Of a DNA stretch of 64,000 bases, positions 1-9,003 are shown piece by piece; position 1 is the stretch's first letter, and each line of letters opens with the position of its first letter. The notes beneath the pieces are model-generated. The model saw nothing but the letters and a program-made list of their open reading frames with translations, had not been told where the DNA came from and made no database searches. A program made the translations under genes and the position numbers. This stretch comes from a virus, in IMG/VR virus record IMGVR_UViG_3300022200_000033, positions 1 to 64,000 of that record. One strand, written 5' to 3'.

Positions 1-568
1 TTTTCCAATTATCAACAGCAAACATTCCAATGCCACAGGCATCAGCAACATCGTTATCGCTAATGTTTATATTAAATCTTTCATTAACTGTTGAGATAGT
101 CTTTTGTTTTCTTTGTTCTCTTTCCTTGGCTTTATACCAAGAAGATGATTTGCCTGGATTGGCATTATGAATCTTTTGTTTTTCATCTGTAGTCAGTAGC
201 CTTGTTCCAACATAGGACTGCCAGGACATTGGAGCCACTCCATACACCTTTGTAACGCCACCAAGGGATGCTCCACCTATTAGTGCCCCTTGACTTAGGG
301 ATAGGTTTGCAGCCACTTGAGGGCTGTTAGCAAAAATTGTTTTTTCAATTACCATGCAGTCTACTGGCATAGCTTTAAATAAGCTAATGGTCTTGTGGGC
401 AGTATCAGATAACTTTTCATAGATTGTATTTCCTGAAAAAGTAACCTTGCCGTACCTGCCCAACTCACCATCAATAAAGAATGCAAACGCTATGCTTAGT
501 GTGCTTGCATCTATTGCACAAAATGAACTGGGTGCGTCTAGACCTAGTGCTTCACTTTTCTTGCTCAT
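1..568 (-). CDS. RuvC-like Holliday junction resolvase (3' end runs off window)
   Basis: Not in ORF track; hand-translated from ATG at 568: MSKKSEALGLDAPSSFCAIDASTLSIAFA...VIEK...SDNDVADACGIGMFAVDNWK. Carries the RNase H-fold acidic set (IDxS, E, DxxDA) typical of RuvC. Confidence 0.75.
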   Translation of the reverse strand, partial: MSKKSEALGLDAPSSFCAIDASTLSIAFAFFIDGELGRYGKVTFSGNTIYEKLSDTAHKTISLFKAMPVDCMVIEKTIFANSPQVAANLSLSQGALIGGASLGGVTKVYGVAPMSWQSYVGTRLLTTDEKQKIHNANPGKSSSWYKAKEREQRKQKTISTVNERFNINISDNDVADACGIGMFAVDNWK

Positions 569-845
569 AGTCAAACAACCCCTTAAGTTCTTTTAGCATT
601 TGATCAACTTTTCTTTTATTTACCATACAGTTTCCACAAAAACCATTGTTATTATATATAGAAATAATGGTTTCGCATCCACCAGCACATTTTCTTTTTT
701 TTCCAGACCTACTTTTTGCTCTTACAATTTGCTGCCTATAAGAAATTTTCTCTTTAGTAGCAAGCTCTCTGCACTCTGAGGAACAGTAAATCTGGTAGGT
801 TACTTTAGGATTGAAGTCCTTGGAGCACCACTCACAAATCTTCAT
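552..845 (-). CDS. small Cys-rich (zinc-finger-like) hypothetical protein
   Basis: CxxC...YCSxxC and CxxxC...CxxC motifs; overlaps both neighbours in an operon. Confidence 0.7.
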   Translation of the reverse strand: MKICEWCSKDFNPKVTYQIYCSSECRELATKEKISYRQQIVRAKSRSGKKRKCAGGCETIISIYNNNGFCGNCMVNKRKVDQMLKELKGLFDYEQEK

Positions 846-1609
846 CCAAGGTACTCCAGAGGCTGTATTTTAATTGTTCCCTTGTCTGCAGACGCACAGG
901 TTGTTGCTACTGGACAACCCTTGCACACCTTTGAGTTTGACCTGTACGTCTTTTGAGGAATATCTTCTTCTTCCCATTGCTTCCTCACTTTACGCATCCA
1001 ATCAAATGCATAATCTGCCCAAGCAATGTACTCTTCTTTGGGTTCTACGGTAATTGCATGTAGTTCGTGAGAGTTTTTATTTTCATAAAGAAGCACTCCA
1101 AGCTTTCTTCCAAGTACCTTCATGTAGATAATTAGCTGCATGAGGTGGTAGTTTGGTGGCTTAGCGTGCTTACGATACGCAAATGATTCTTCACGCATTG
1201 TTTTAATTTCTACTACAGGCTGCTCTTCACCCCATTGGATTACAGCATCAGCAAATCCAAAGATGGGTGGATCTTGTGCAACAATACGCTTTTCTTTCTC
1301 TACCATGAGCCCTGCATTCTCAATTGCTGTTTGAATGCGCTCATGTGCATCTGTTCCACTGCCCATGTTTGCCACAGCGTAAGCATCTGCATTGTCCTCA
1401 AAGTCTGCTCCTGTCCAAGCGAGCCACCAATACCTAGCACAAGCACCATTGCCATACACAAGTGCCGATGGACTAAAGGTTTTCTTTGTCTTGAACTCAG
1501 TCTTTCTGTTTACTGTATAGCCAGACTCAATCTTATTAATCAAAGCTCTTGTGTCAATTGGGCCTTCTGGTTGTTTATCCATTACTTCTTCTAAAAAGTT
1601 CTTAGCCAT
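842..1609 (-). CDS. Cas4-family / PD-(D/E)xK exonuclease
   Basis: N-terminal C (GACAR), GT.AH, G.AD...VEIKT, Q...Y, and C-terminal CxxCPxxxxC Fe-S ligands. Confidence 0.8.
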   Translation of the reverse strand: MAKNFLEEVMDKQPEGPIDTRALINKIESGYTVNRKTEFKTKKTFSPSALVYGNGACARYWWLAWTGADFEDNADAYAVANMGSGTDAHERIQTAIENAGLMVEKEKRIVAQDPPIFGFADAVIQWGEEQPVVEIKTMREESFAYRKHAKPPNYHLMQLIIYMKVLGRKLGVLLYENKNSHELHAITVEPKEEYIAWADYAFDWMRKVRKQWEEEDIPQKTYRSNSKVCKGCPVATTCASADKGTIKIQPLEYLG

Positions 1610-1642
1610 TATTTTTTCCTATCTTGTTAGGGAATAATTGTA

Positions 1643-1939
1643 TCACTTAAGTATAAACTTTAGTGCTGCAACTACCTTGTCAATTTCTGCTGCTGCGGAA
1701 TAATATACATTTTTCTTTGATCTATCACTTTTATCTACGTTAGCCATCCACGTTGCCCTCATCTGCATCTTTGCAGCGATTGCCTGTAACCTAACGATCT
1801 CAATCGTAGCAACCTGAGGAGGAATGTCTGGCTTTAGAATTATCTTAGCAATAAATTCTAGTGCTTGGCTTAGTTCATCATCTTTCATATAGTCTGCAAT
1901 CTCATGCAAACCACTAATCTGCTCAATCGTTGTTGACAC
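1643..1939 (-). CDS. hypothetical helical protein
   Basis: Operonic ORF overlapping upstream gene. Confidence 0.7.
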   Translation of the reverse strand: MSTTIEQISGLHEIADYMKDDELSQALEFIAKIILKPDIPPQVATIEIVRLQAIAAKMQMRATWMANVDKSDRSKKNVYYSAAAEIDKVVAALKFILK

Positions 1940-2243
1940 TAGATGCCCTTTCTATTAGATCTTCAAGTATAGACCACTCTATTACTGATAGTCTAATTAC
2001 CTTTCCTTCATCTCGCAAAACAAGTTGAAGCATGGGTGACTTACTTTTATCTACCTTCATCGAATCTGTACATATTTTTGCCCAACTGTCGATAGAAACG
2101 GAATAAGACTTGTTATATTCTTTTACATCTATAACAAACTCATCCAAGTTTCCATCCCCCTTAATCATTCCACGACCAGAGTTCTTGTGTACCTTGGCAC
2201 CCATTCTTTTGAGTTCTGACGCTTCTGTTTTATTAGTTGCCAT
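1923..2243 (-). CDS. Hjc-like (PD-(D/E)xK) Holliday junction resolvase / endonuclease
   Basis: E...SG....GD......D/EVK motif (KGDGNLDEFVIDVKEY); ATG at 2243 coupled (TGATG) to upstream small ORF. Confidence 0.6.
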   Translation of the reverse strand: MATNKTEASELKRMGAKVHKNSGRGMIKGDGNLDEFVIDVKEYNKSYSVSIDSWAKICTDSMKVDKSKSPMLQLVLRDEGKVIRLSVIEWSILEDLIERASSVNND

Positions 2244-2398
2244 CAATATCCTCTTGACTGAAAGTTTACTTTCGATAGATGTTTTTCTTCACACATCCAA
2301 GTAAAATCTAATGTTTCATAATACATTCTTGCTTCTGGTACTTCCTTCTTACATCTTTGGCAAACAAACACTCCTTTGTAGATTGAGAATTTACGCAT
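2243..2398 (-). CDS. 51-aa zinc-ribbon-like protein (below ORF-track cutoff)
   Basis: Hand translation MRKFSIYKGVFVCQRCKKEVPEARMYYETLDFTWMCEEKHLSKVNFQSRGY; CxxC...CxxxH; fills the recA-resolvase gap with overlapping start/stop. Confidence 0.7.
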   Translation of the reverse strand: MRKFSIYKGVFVCQRCKKEVPEARMYYETLDFTWMCEEKHLSKVNFQSRGY

Positions 2399-3401
2399 TA
2401 GCAATCTTTTCTATCAAAGCTTCCTGGATGTCTAGGTTTTCTTTTACTGCCATAACTAGCTTATCTCTTCCTTGATAACGTTCTCCCTCTACTGTATACC
2501 ATGCACCACCACGTTCAATGAATCCAAGCATCTCTGCTGTATCAACCAAGTCTGCTATAGCATCTACTCCAACGTCTATCCCTCTAAAGTAAAAGTCATA
2601 CTCTCCACCTTGGAAAGCAGGACTTGTCTTCGAGAATTGAACGTCCCATCGAACCTTTCTGCCAATCTTTTCTTCAATAATCTTGTCACCAACATAGGTC
2701 TTACCTTTAATTGCTTGGTTGTCTGACTGACTAGAAAACAACTTGATGATTGTTGATGAATAAAACTTTGTAGCATGACCACCAGTTGGCTCATGAGAGA
2801 CATGCATAGATCCAAAGTTATTCCTGATCTGTGAAATAAAGATCAACAGAGTTGGCTTTACTTGATTGTTTGCATAGTTAAGCATCTTGACGGCATTTGC
2901 CATATCTCTTGACTCTGCCCCGATCTGCTTAGTGTTCTCTAACTGTTTTAGATCTGCAGAGTCTTTCTCAAAATATATTGCTGGTAGCAATGCAGAAATG
3001 CTATCTACAACGATAATGTCTGCTCCTGCTTTCATCAGTTCTGTACCAACATCTACCATGTCGTTCATTGTCCGAGCCGTAGAATGGATAAGGGTAGAGT
3101 TGTCTACCCCAAGAGCTTCTGCCCATTCTGGAGAATAGGTCATTTCCGCATCGATCCATGCACAAACCTTCCCTTGCTTTTGGGCCTGAGCAATTGTTTG
3201 CAGGCAGAATGATGACTTTCCAGATGACTTGTTACCGTAGATCAAAACCTGTCTACCGTAAGGAAGACCTCCATTCAAAGAACGATTCAATCCAAAGCTT
3301 GGAGTTTTTGCAAACGTTGTCTGCTCTATATCAGATCCTAAAGAAATCTTTTTCCTTAACTTAGGATTAAGCTGTGCAAGAATTTCATCAACATTTGTCA
3401 C
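2391..3401 (-). CDS. recA: RecA/UvsX-like recombinase
   Basis: GGLPYGR, Walker A GNKSSGKS, IDAE, Walker B IIVVDS, ISQIR, TGGHATKFYSS. Confidence 0.95.
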   Translation of the reverse strand: MTNVDEILAQLNPKLRKKISLGSDIEQTTFAKTPSFGLNRSLNGGLPYGRQVLIYGNKSSGKSSFCLQTIAQAQKQGKVCAWIDAEMTYSPEWAEALGVDNSTLIHSTARTMNDMVDVGTELMKAGADIIVVDSISALLPAIYFEKDSADLKQLENTKQIGAESRDMANAVKMLNYANNQVKPTLLIFISQIRNNFGSMHVSHEPTGGHATKFYSSTIIKLFSSQSDNQAIKGKTYVGDKIIEEKIGRKVRWDVQFSKTSPAFQGGEYDFYFRGIDVGVDAIADLVDTAEMLGFIERGGAWYTVEGERYQGRDKLVMAVKENLDIQEALIEKIANA

Positions 3402-3727
3402 GCCAACACCCCGTGCATCATTGGCCTTGAAGAATTAACTACGATCTTTTTTGTGATAGTTTCGTCTAGAGACATTTCTGTATACCCATCACTAACTAGT
3501 CCTGCATATAAATCTAGGGTTCTAATAAGGACATCTGCCAACTCTTCCACAACCTGATCGTCACCTTTTTCTTTTCTAATTGCTTCAAGAACTTCGGAGC
3601 ATTCTGAATGAATCATTGCAATCTGCTTAAGATAAAAAACGGTATGATTATCCTCCGTATTTGGTTCCCAAAAACCTTTTTCTACTGCATTCTTGTGAAT
3701 CATTTTTGCCATATTGTCTAACGTCAC
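3398..3727 (-). CDS. MazG-like nucleotide pyrophosphohydrolase
   Basis: ECSEVLEAIRK...EELADVLIR (ExxE...ExxD) motif. Confidence 0.85.
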   Translation of the reverse strand: MTLDNMAKMIHKNAVEKGFWEPNTEDNHTVFYLKQIAMIHSECSEVLEAIRKEKGDDQVVEELADVLIRTLDLYAGLVSDGYTEMSLDETITKKIVVNSSRPMMHGVLA

Positions 3728-6700
3728 GCTACAACTACCTCCTGAAATATTAAGTCTTCATCTTTAGAAATACTGTAATTAATCTTATATGCCTTAGCCT
3801 CTTCTAATCTTGTGTAAGCCATTGCAAATGCGCTAGGAAATACGATCATTGAAAGTAAATCTCTTCCGCTATCTGCTACCACAAGTGAGGCCATTCTTTT
3901 TCCAGCTTTTGTAACTCTTGGCTTAAATGATAACACGAAATACTCGTCCTGTCCATATGGCAATTGCTTATAGCTTAAGAACCGTACCAACGGGCTGTTG
4001 CTTTCTCGTATCTCGTCAATAGGAACTGCTTCCACAATCCTGTTAGATCCAATAAGAATAATATAAGTGCGACCTGCTTCGATGGATGTCTCTTCTTCAT
4101 CAAAAATTCCTACGCTTCCTGTGTTGTCTAGTAACTCTACTCTGCTCCAGCCCTTTCCTCGTTTAATTCCTCTGATAACCCCCATCATAATGAAGGCACC
4201 CTTTTCATCAAACTCATCTACACTACTAATGTATGCATGATAGTGCTGTGGAACTTGAATGTTAAACTCAGGAAGAGTTAGATACTCATACATGTTTTCC
4301 TTAATCTCTTCTTCATTCCTGGGGTTATCTGGGAACGTAACTGCACCAACTTTTCTTAGTGCTTCAAGTGCCCTTGAATTTACTCCATTTCCCTTTGTAA
4401 ACGTAAACTCTTGAATCTGTCCATAAGAGTTAAAGGGGCGTGCAGCAATATATCTTTTAGCGATAGTATCAGAAATATACTTAATGCTAGAAAGCCCAAA
4501 ACGAATTCCTTTCCCTTCGATCTTGAAGTCAATATCTGAATCATTGATGTGTGGCAACTTCATTGGAATGCCCATACGCTTTGCCTCAATGAGGTACTCT
4601 GTACGACCATCCTTATCTTTTTCATTTTTAAGTAAGGCAAATATAAACTCTAGTGGATAGTAATACTTTAGCCATGCCGTCCAGTACGAGAGGGTTGAGT
4701 AAGCGACAGCATGAGACTTATTAAACGAGTATCCTGCGTGGGCCTCAAAGTCATGCCACATTTTCTCAGCAGCCGTCCCACCAAGTGGCCCAGTCGCATT
4801 CCGAACAAATAGCTCTTTGAACTCGTCAAACTCTCTCGCATCCTTTTTCTTGCCGATAATCTTACGAACCTTGTTGGCTTCCCCCATTGTCATTCCACCA
4901 AGAGACGTACAGGCAAGCATAACTTGCTCCTGATACAGAATTGTACCGTATGTATCCTCAGTAAAGTCTTTCATGATTGGGCTGGCATAGGTAATGCCCT
5001 GCTTACCATGCTTACGAGCAATATAATCCTTACCAATGGTGTTCATAGCTCCTGGACGTACTAGAGCGTTAGAGGCTACCAATTCATCGAATTTAGATAC
5101 CCCCATCTTTACCAAAAGGTTCGTGTAAGGTGTTGCCTCACATTGAAATACACCCTTTGTATGACCATCAGAGAGCATGTTGTAGATATTCTTATCCTCT
5201 AAGTCAATTGACTTTAAGTTAATCTTCTTTCCATGCCTATCATTAATTATATTAAGTGTGTCGTTAATCACGGTAAGAGTCTTTAGACCCAATGCATCAA
5301 TCTTAATTAGACCAATGTCTGCTGCTTCTTCCATATCTACCGCAACAACAGGAATACGAGTTTTTGATCCTGTTATTGAGCGAGTTTCCATTGGAGCAAT
5401 CTTGGAGATAGGCATCTTTGATGTCACAACTCCTGCAGCGTGGACACCTGTTCCACGAATACGACCCCTAAGTTGATCTCCATATACTTCTACCTCTGGA
5501 TACTTTTCACGGAACCATGCGGTATTCTTTGATGTCAGATATTCTTCCCATGTATCCACTGCCTTGAGCGCACGGTTAACATCAGCAAGTGGGATGTTAA
5601 GACAACGAGAAACATCTCGAACGACTCCCTTGTCCTTAAACTGAAGGAATGTTGCGATTGATGCTACATAGCGATACTGTCTTTCTAGATAATCTTTCAC
5701 CTCTTCACGGCGTGAGTCTTGAATGTCTGAGTCAATGTCAGGCCAGTCATCACGATCAATATCAATAAAGCGAAAGAACAGTAGTCCATACTTCATAGGA
5801 TCAATGTCTGTAATTCCTAGTGCATAGCACAGCAAAGATCCTGCGCTTGATCCACGACCTGGACCAACCATAATATCATTCTTCTTAGCCCAAGTGAGCA
5901 TGTTTCTAACAACGATAAAATAAGATGCAAACTTCTTATCCTTAATTACAGAAAGCTCTTCATCAAGACGATCTAAATATTCCTGACTATCCAATCCATT
6001 TTCTTTTAAGAACTCTAAGGCTTGATTCTTAATCTCCTTATCTGGATCACGATGTTCTACAGGAAGTAGGTTTAGATTTCTGTTAATCGTATACTCTTCA
6101 ACTTTCTCGCCAACCTCAAGGGTATTGGTGAACATGTCTTCTCTGAATCCACCGTTTTTCTCCATGGACTCCTTCATCTCATCAGCAGAGAGTAGGTGGA
6201 TGTCGAACTTATTAAAGCTCATCATCCTTCCCTTGCCATAAAGATAGTCTAGTCTGTCCATCATGCTGTCAATCTTCTTTGACTTTTCAAATGTGGATTC
6301 TTTTTCTATCTTGGCATGAGTATTAAGAATAAGCATCATCTCCTGAATCTCTTTTTGATCTACCGTTGCATGGTGGCAGTCAGGAGTAACAATGATCTTG
6401 TGTCCTTGAGCATCTGCTAATTCAATTAGTGCTTGATTCATTCCTTCAGTATTATGAGGCATAACTTCAACATAGAAGTCATCACCAAAGCGATCACCAA
6501 ACCACTTAAGATGCTGCTTTGCTACTGCATAGTTGTCTTCCTCAATAGCCTTGTTGATAAACCCAGACATACATGCTGAAGAAACAATCAAGCCCTCACC
6601 ATATTGATCAAGAAGTTCAAAGTCAATTCGTGGCTTTTTATAAAAGCCTTCGTTCCATGCAAGTTCATTTAATTTTCCAAGGTTTTCTAAACCCTGATCA

Positions 6701-6993
6701 TTCTTAGCAAGAATTACAATGTGATTGTATACAAGGTCTAGTGGATCTGTTCTCTCTGACTTGTCTCTTTTATCAAGTCTGTCCTTAGTCATGTACCCTT
6801 CAATACCAAGGATTGGCTTTATGCCTGCAGCCTTCGCTGCGCGATACATTGGTCGATGTCCTGACAACGTTCCATGATCTGTAATAGCAAGCGCAGACAT
6901 GCCATTTTCTTTTGCTCTTTCTACATACTCTTCTGGAGTAGCAACACCATCCATCTGGCTGTAGTGTGTGTGAACGTGCAATGGAATATACAA
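3724..6993 (-). CDS. dnaE: DNA polymerase III alpha subunit (family C)
   Basis: PHP HVHTHYS/TDHG, GPGRGSSAGS, PDIDSD, KIDALGL, YSFNKSHA, C-terminal OB fold. Start reassigned to TTG at 6993 behind GAAAGGG RBS; the track's GTG at 7029 lies inside an RNA stem. Confidence 0.95.
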   Translation of the reverse strand: MYIPLHVHTHYSQMDGVATPEEYVERAKENGMSALAITDHGTLSGHRPMYRAAKAAGIKPILGIEGYMTKDRLDKRDKSERTDPLDLVYNHIVILAKNDQGLENLGKLNELAWNEGFYKKPRIDFELLDQYGEGLIVSSACMSGFINKAIEEDNYAVAKQHLKWFGDRFGDDFYVEVMPHNTEGMNQALIELADAQGHKIIVTPDCHHATVDQKEIQEMMLILNTHAKIEKESTFEKSKKIDSMMDRLDYLYGKGRMMSFNKFDIHLLSADEMKESMEKNGGFREDMFTNTLEVGEKVEEYTINRNLNLLPVEHRDPDKEIKNQALEFLKENGLDSQEYLDRLDEELSVIKDKKFASYFIVVRNMLTWAKKNDIMVGPGRGSSAGSLLCYALGITDIDPMKYGLLFFRFIDIDRDDWPDIDSDIQDSRREEVKDYLERQYRYVASIATFLQFKDKGVVRDVSRCLNIPLADVNRALKAVDTWEEYLTSKNTAWFREKYPEVEVYGDQLRGRIRGTGVHAAGVVTSKMPISKIAPMETRSITGSKTRIPVVAVDMEEAADIGLIKIDALGLKTLTVINDTLNIINDRHGKKINLKSIDLEDKNIYNMLSDGHTKGVFQCEATPYTNLLVKMGVSKFDELVASNALVRPGAMNTIGKDYIARKHGKQGITYASPIMKDFTEDTYGTILYQEQVMLACTSLGGMTMGEANKVRKIIGKKKDAREFDEFKELFVRNATGPLGGTAAEKMWHDFEAHAGYSFNKSHAVAYSTLSYWTAWLKYYYPLEFIFALLKNEKDKDGRTEYLIEAKRMGIPMKLPHINDSDIDFKIEGKGIRFGLSSIKYISDTIAKRYIAARPFNSYGQIQEFTFTKGNGVNSRALEALRKVGAVTFPDNPRNEEEIKENMYEYLTLPEFNIQVPQHYHAYISSVDEFDEKGAFIMMGVIRGIKRGKGWSRVELLDNTGSVGIFDEEETSIEAGRTYIILIGSNRIVEAVPIDEIRESNSPLVRFLSYKQLPYGQDEYFVLSFKPRVTKAGKRMASLVVADSGRDLLSMIVFPSAFAMAYTRLEEAKAYKINYSISKDEDLIFQEVVVA

Positions 6994-7016
6994 GATTACC
7001 CTTTCAAAAAAATAAG

Positions 7017-7119
7017 GTAGGAGAGGCACTTCTCTGGAATTTCAACCTAGCTTCGCCGACTAACTACAACCATCCTAAGCTACTGCGAAATTCAGCACGA
7101 TGGAGTAGCCCCTCCTACC
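7017..7119 (-). ncRNA. putative structured intergenic RNA (multi-stem, possible double pseudoknot) upstream of dnaE
   Basis: 12-bp closing stem GGTAGGAGGGGC/GCCTCTCCTACC followed by U-tract; internal complementary pairs CCATC/GATGG, GAATTTC/GAAATTC, TAGCTT/AAGCTA. Confidence 0.6.
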
Positions 7120-7126
7120 AGCCTAT

Positions 7127-7789
7127 TTACCAATCAATGTTGGAAGTGGACGCACCTACTGGACCTTCAAATCCAAGGTAGAATGTTTCCTGTTCTGAAT
7201 AAGGAAGTTCTCTGACAACCTTCTCAAGATTATATGGTTCAATGCCTGACCAATCAAATGGTTCTGTGTCTGGAGCAGATGGAAGAAGAACGTATGTCGT
7301 CTCCATAGCCGTACCCTGTCGCTTTAGCTTCCAGTTTAGATTGCTAATGCTTCCAGTCTCCAGAGCATATTCCCTTGCATTGTTGAATGCAGACTGCTTA
7401 CTTACACCTTGTGACCAAACGGCAACGTACTTATCTTCAATACCGTCATCTACAAGTAGATTGGTGTAGAATCGCAAACGTGCTCGCCAACCACTCTTTG
7501 GCTCCTTGCGAGCCATTTCACAGCCATAGCAGCGACCCTCAGAGTCCATTGTGCATACAGCCTTACGGCGGTAGTCCTTTGGATTTGTGTGCTCTGAAAC
7601 TACGATAGCGAGATCTCGTTCTTCATTATAATTTGGTGAATCTGCATCAAGTTCGTTTACAAAACGAATCTTTACAGACTGACCATCATCAAGCTTTACC
7701 CAGCGAACCTTAACGCCCCCTGAGTTATCTGCAAATTTGGGCTTATCGATGGCCTGTTCCATGGCCTTTAGTCCCTTAATTATACTCAT
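7127..7789 (-). CDS. single-stranded DNA-binding protein (T4 gp32-like, Zn-binding)
   Basis: K L.DG.S..IRF, H...C...CxxC, WKLKRQG...TTY, acidic/aromatic C-terminus (NIDW); sits between primase and polymerase. Confidence 0.7.
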   Translation of the reverse strand: MSIIKGLKAMEQAIDKPKFADNSGGVKVRWVKLDDGQSVKIRFVNELDADSPNYNEERDLAIVVSEHTNPKDYRRKAVCTMDSEGRCYGCEMARKEPKSGWRARLRFYTNLLVDDGIEDKYVAVWSQGVSKQSAFNNAREYALETGSISNLNWKLKRQGTAMETTYVLLPSAPDTEPFDWSGIEPYNLEKVVRELPYSEQETFYLGFEGPVGASTSNIDW

Positions 7790-7802
7790 AATATATTTTC
7801 TC

Positions 7803-8747
7803 CTATATGTAATTTAGTAGTGGATCTGATACTCTTTTTGTTAATTGTTGTATATCGGAATCTTGCATGTCTCCGATGTCTTTAAATCTATCTGGTAGAC
7901 CAATAATTGTTGCTCTATGCCCCAGACGATCTAAAATCTTTTTCTGCATTTCTTTACCTGCATCATCATTGTCTGCGATAACTATAACATCATTGAAGTG
8001 TTTTGTCAATAGGTCTGTCTGTATCCTTGACACATTTGCTCCTAGCGTTGCAACTGCTGCCACTCCATTTTGATCTAACCTTATAGCATCAAAGGATGAT
8101 TCAACAACGTAAACTGTATCATACTTTCTAGCACGATGCAAGTTAAACAAGATCTTTGCCTTAGGAAGCTTTGGTGTATTCTTAAACTCTTTACCTTCTA
8201 CAGACCGTCCAACAAATCCCACAAATATCTTTCCATCTGGAGAGGTCATGGGTATGGTAACCATATCCTGGTTCTCGCTATATCCCAATAAGAACTTATT
8301 TACTGAGTCTATAGAGATTCTTCTTCCTTCATAATATCTCATAGCCCTTGGAGATTCAATGGCTTGCTGATGAAGTCTTCTAATCAATAACTCATCAAAT
8401 GGCTTATACTCTGGCTCTTCTTTAAGGATGTCATCAAGAAGTCCTGAGATGTTTGTTTCTGTTGAATATGAATCAATCATTCTTGTTGCTTCAAAGAATG
8501 TCTTTCTCGTGGTAAACATTACGAACTCTGTTAGTGTTTTAGATGTTTGGCATGAAAAGCAAAAAAACTGTCCAATTGTCTTCGAGACTTCTCCTGCAGG
8601 ACTGCGATAATTGTTATGAAACGGACAGAATACTATGTAATCAGAATCTACTTCTGATTCGATTTTGATTCCTGATCCAAGGATGGACCTTCTGACTTGT
8701 TCTGCTGTATAAATATTGGTTTGTTTTTGTCTATTCCTGTAAGACAC
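7803..8747 (-). CDS. DnaG-type DNA primase
   Basis: CHC2 zinc finger CPFH...CFSC; TOPRIM VVES.FD and DNDDAG. Confidence 0.9.
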   Translation of the reverse strand: MSYRNRQKQTNIYTAEQVRRSILGSGIKIESEVDSDYIVFCPFHNNYRSPAGEVSKTIGQFFCFSCQTSKTLTEFVMFTTRKTFFEATRMIDSYSTETNISGLLDDILKEEPEYKPFDELLIRRLHQQAIESPRAMRYYEGRRISIDSVNKFLLGYSENQDMVTIPMTSPDGKIFVGFVGRSVEGKEFKNTPKLPKAKILFNLHRARKYDTVYVVESSFDAIRLDQNGVAAVATLGANVSRIQTDLLTKHFNDVIVIADNDDAGKEMQKKILDRLGHRATIIGLPDRFKDIGDMQDSDIQQLTKRVSDPLLNYI

Positions 8748-8983
8748 TCTGAGTTCCTCTTTCCTACAAATGCTCCGTAAAGTGATAGTATAAAATCGTA
8801 TGCTTTTCCTGTATAGTGTATTGTAAAGTCTGGCTCAATGTCAAGTCTTGGGGAATATCCTTGTAACTTCATCTGAGTCTCTAGTATTCTTATGTACTCT
8901 TCTTTTAATCTTGGTATGAACGAGTCATCATAAATAGTTCCATCTAAGTGAAACCGCTTAATATTCTTATGCATGTAGTTCAT
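8648..8983 (-). CDS. hypothetical protein (overlaps primase start by 100 bp)
   Basis: ORF with its own TGGTATAAT-N6-ATG start. Confidence 0.7.
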   Translation of the reverse strand: MNYMHKNIKRFHLDGTIYDDSFIPRLKEEYIRILETQMKLQGYSPRLDIEPDFTIHYTGKAYDFILSLYGAFVGKRNSECLTGIDKNKPIFIQQNKSEGPSLDQESKSNQK

Positions 8984-9003
8984 GCATTAATTATACCAGC
9001 GTG

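Noticed and set aside
6994-7029. Track's N-terminal extension of DnaE (MPLLPYFFERVI)
   Set aside because: Lies in the RNA stem/U-tract; TTG at 6993 has the RBS and gives the canonical Y.PLHVH start
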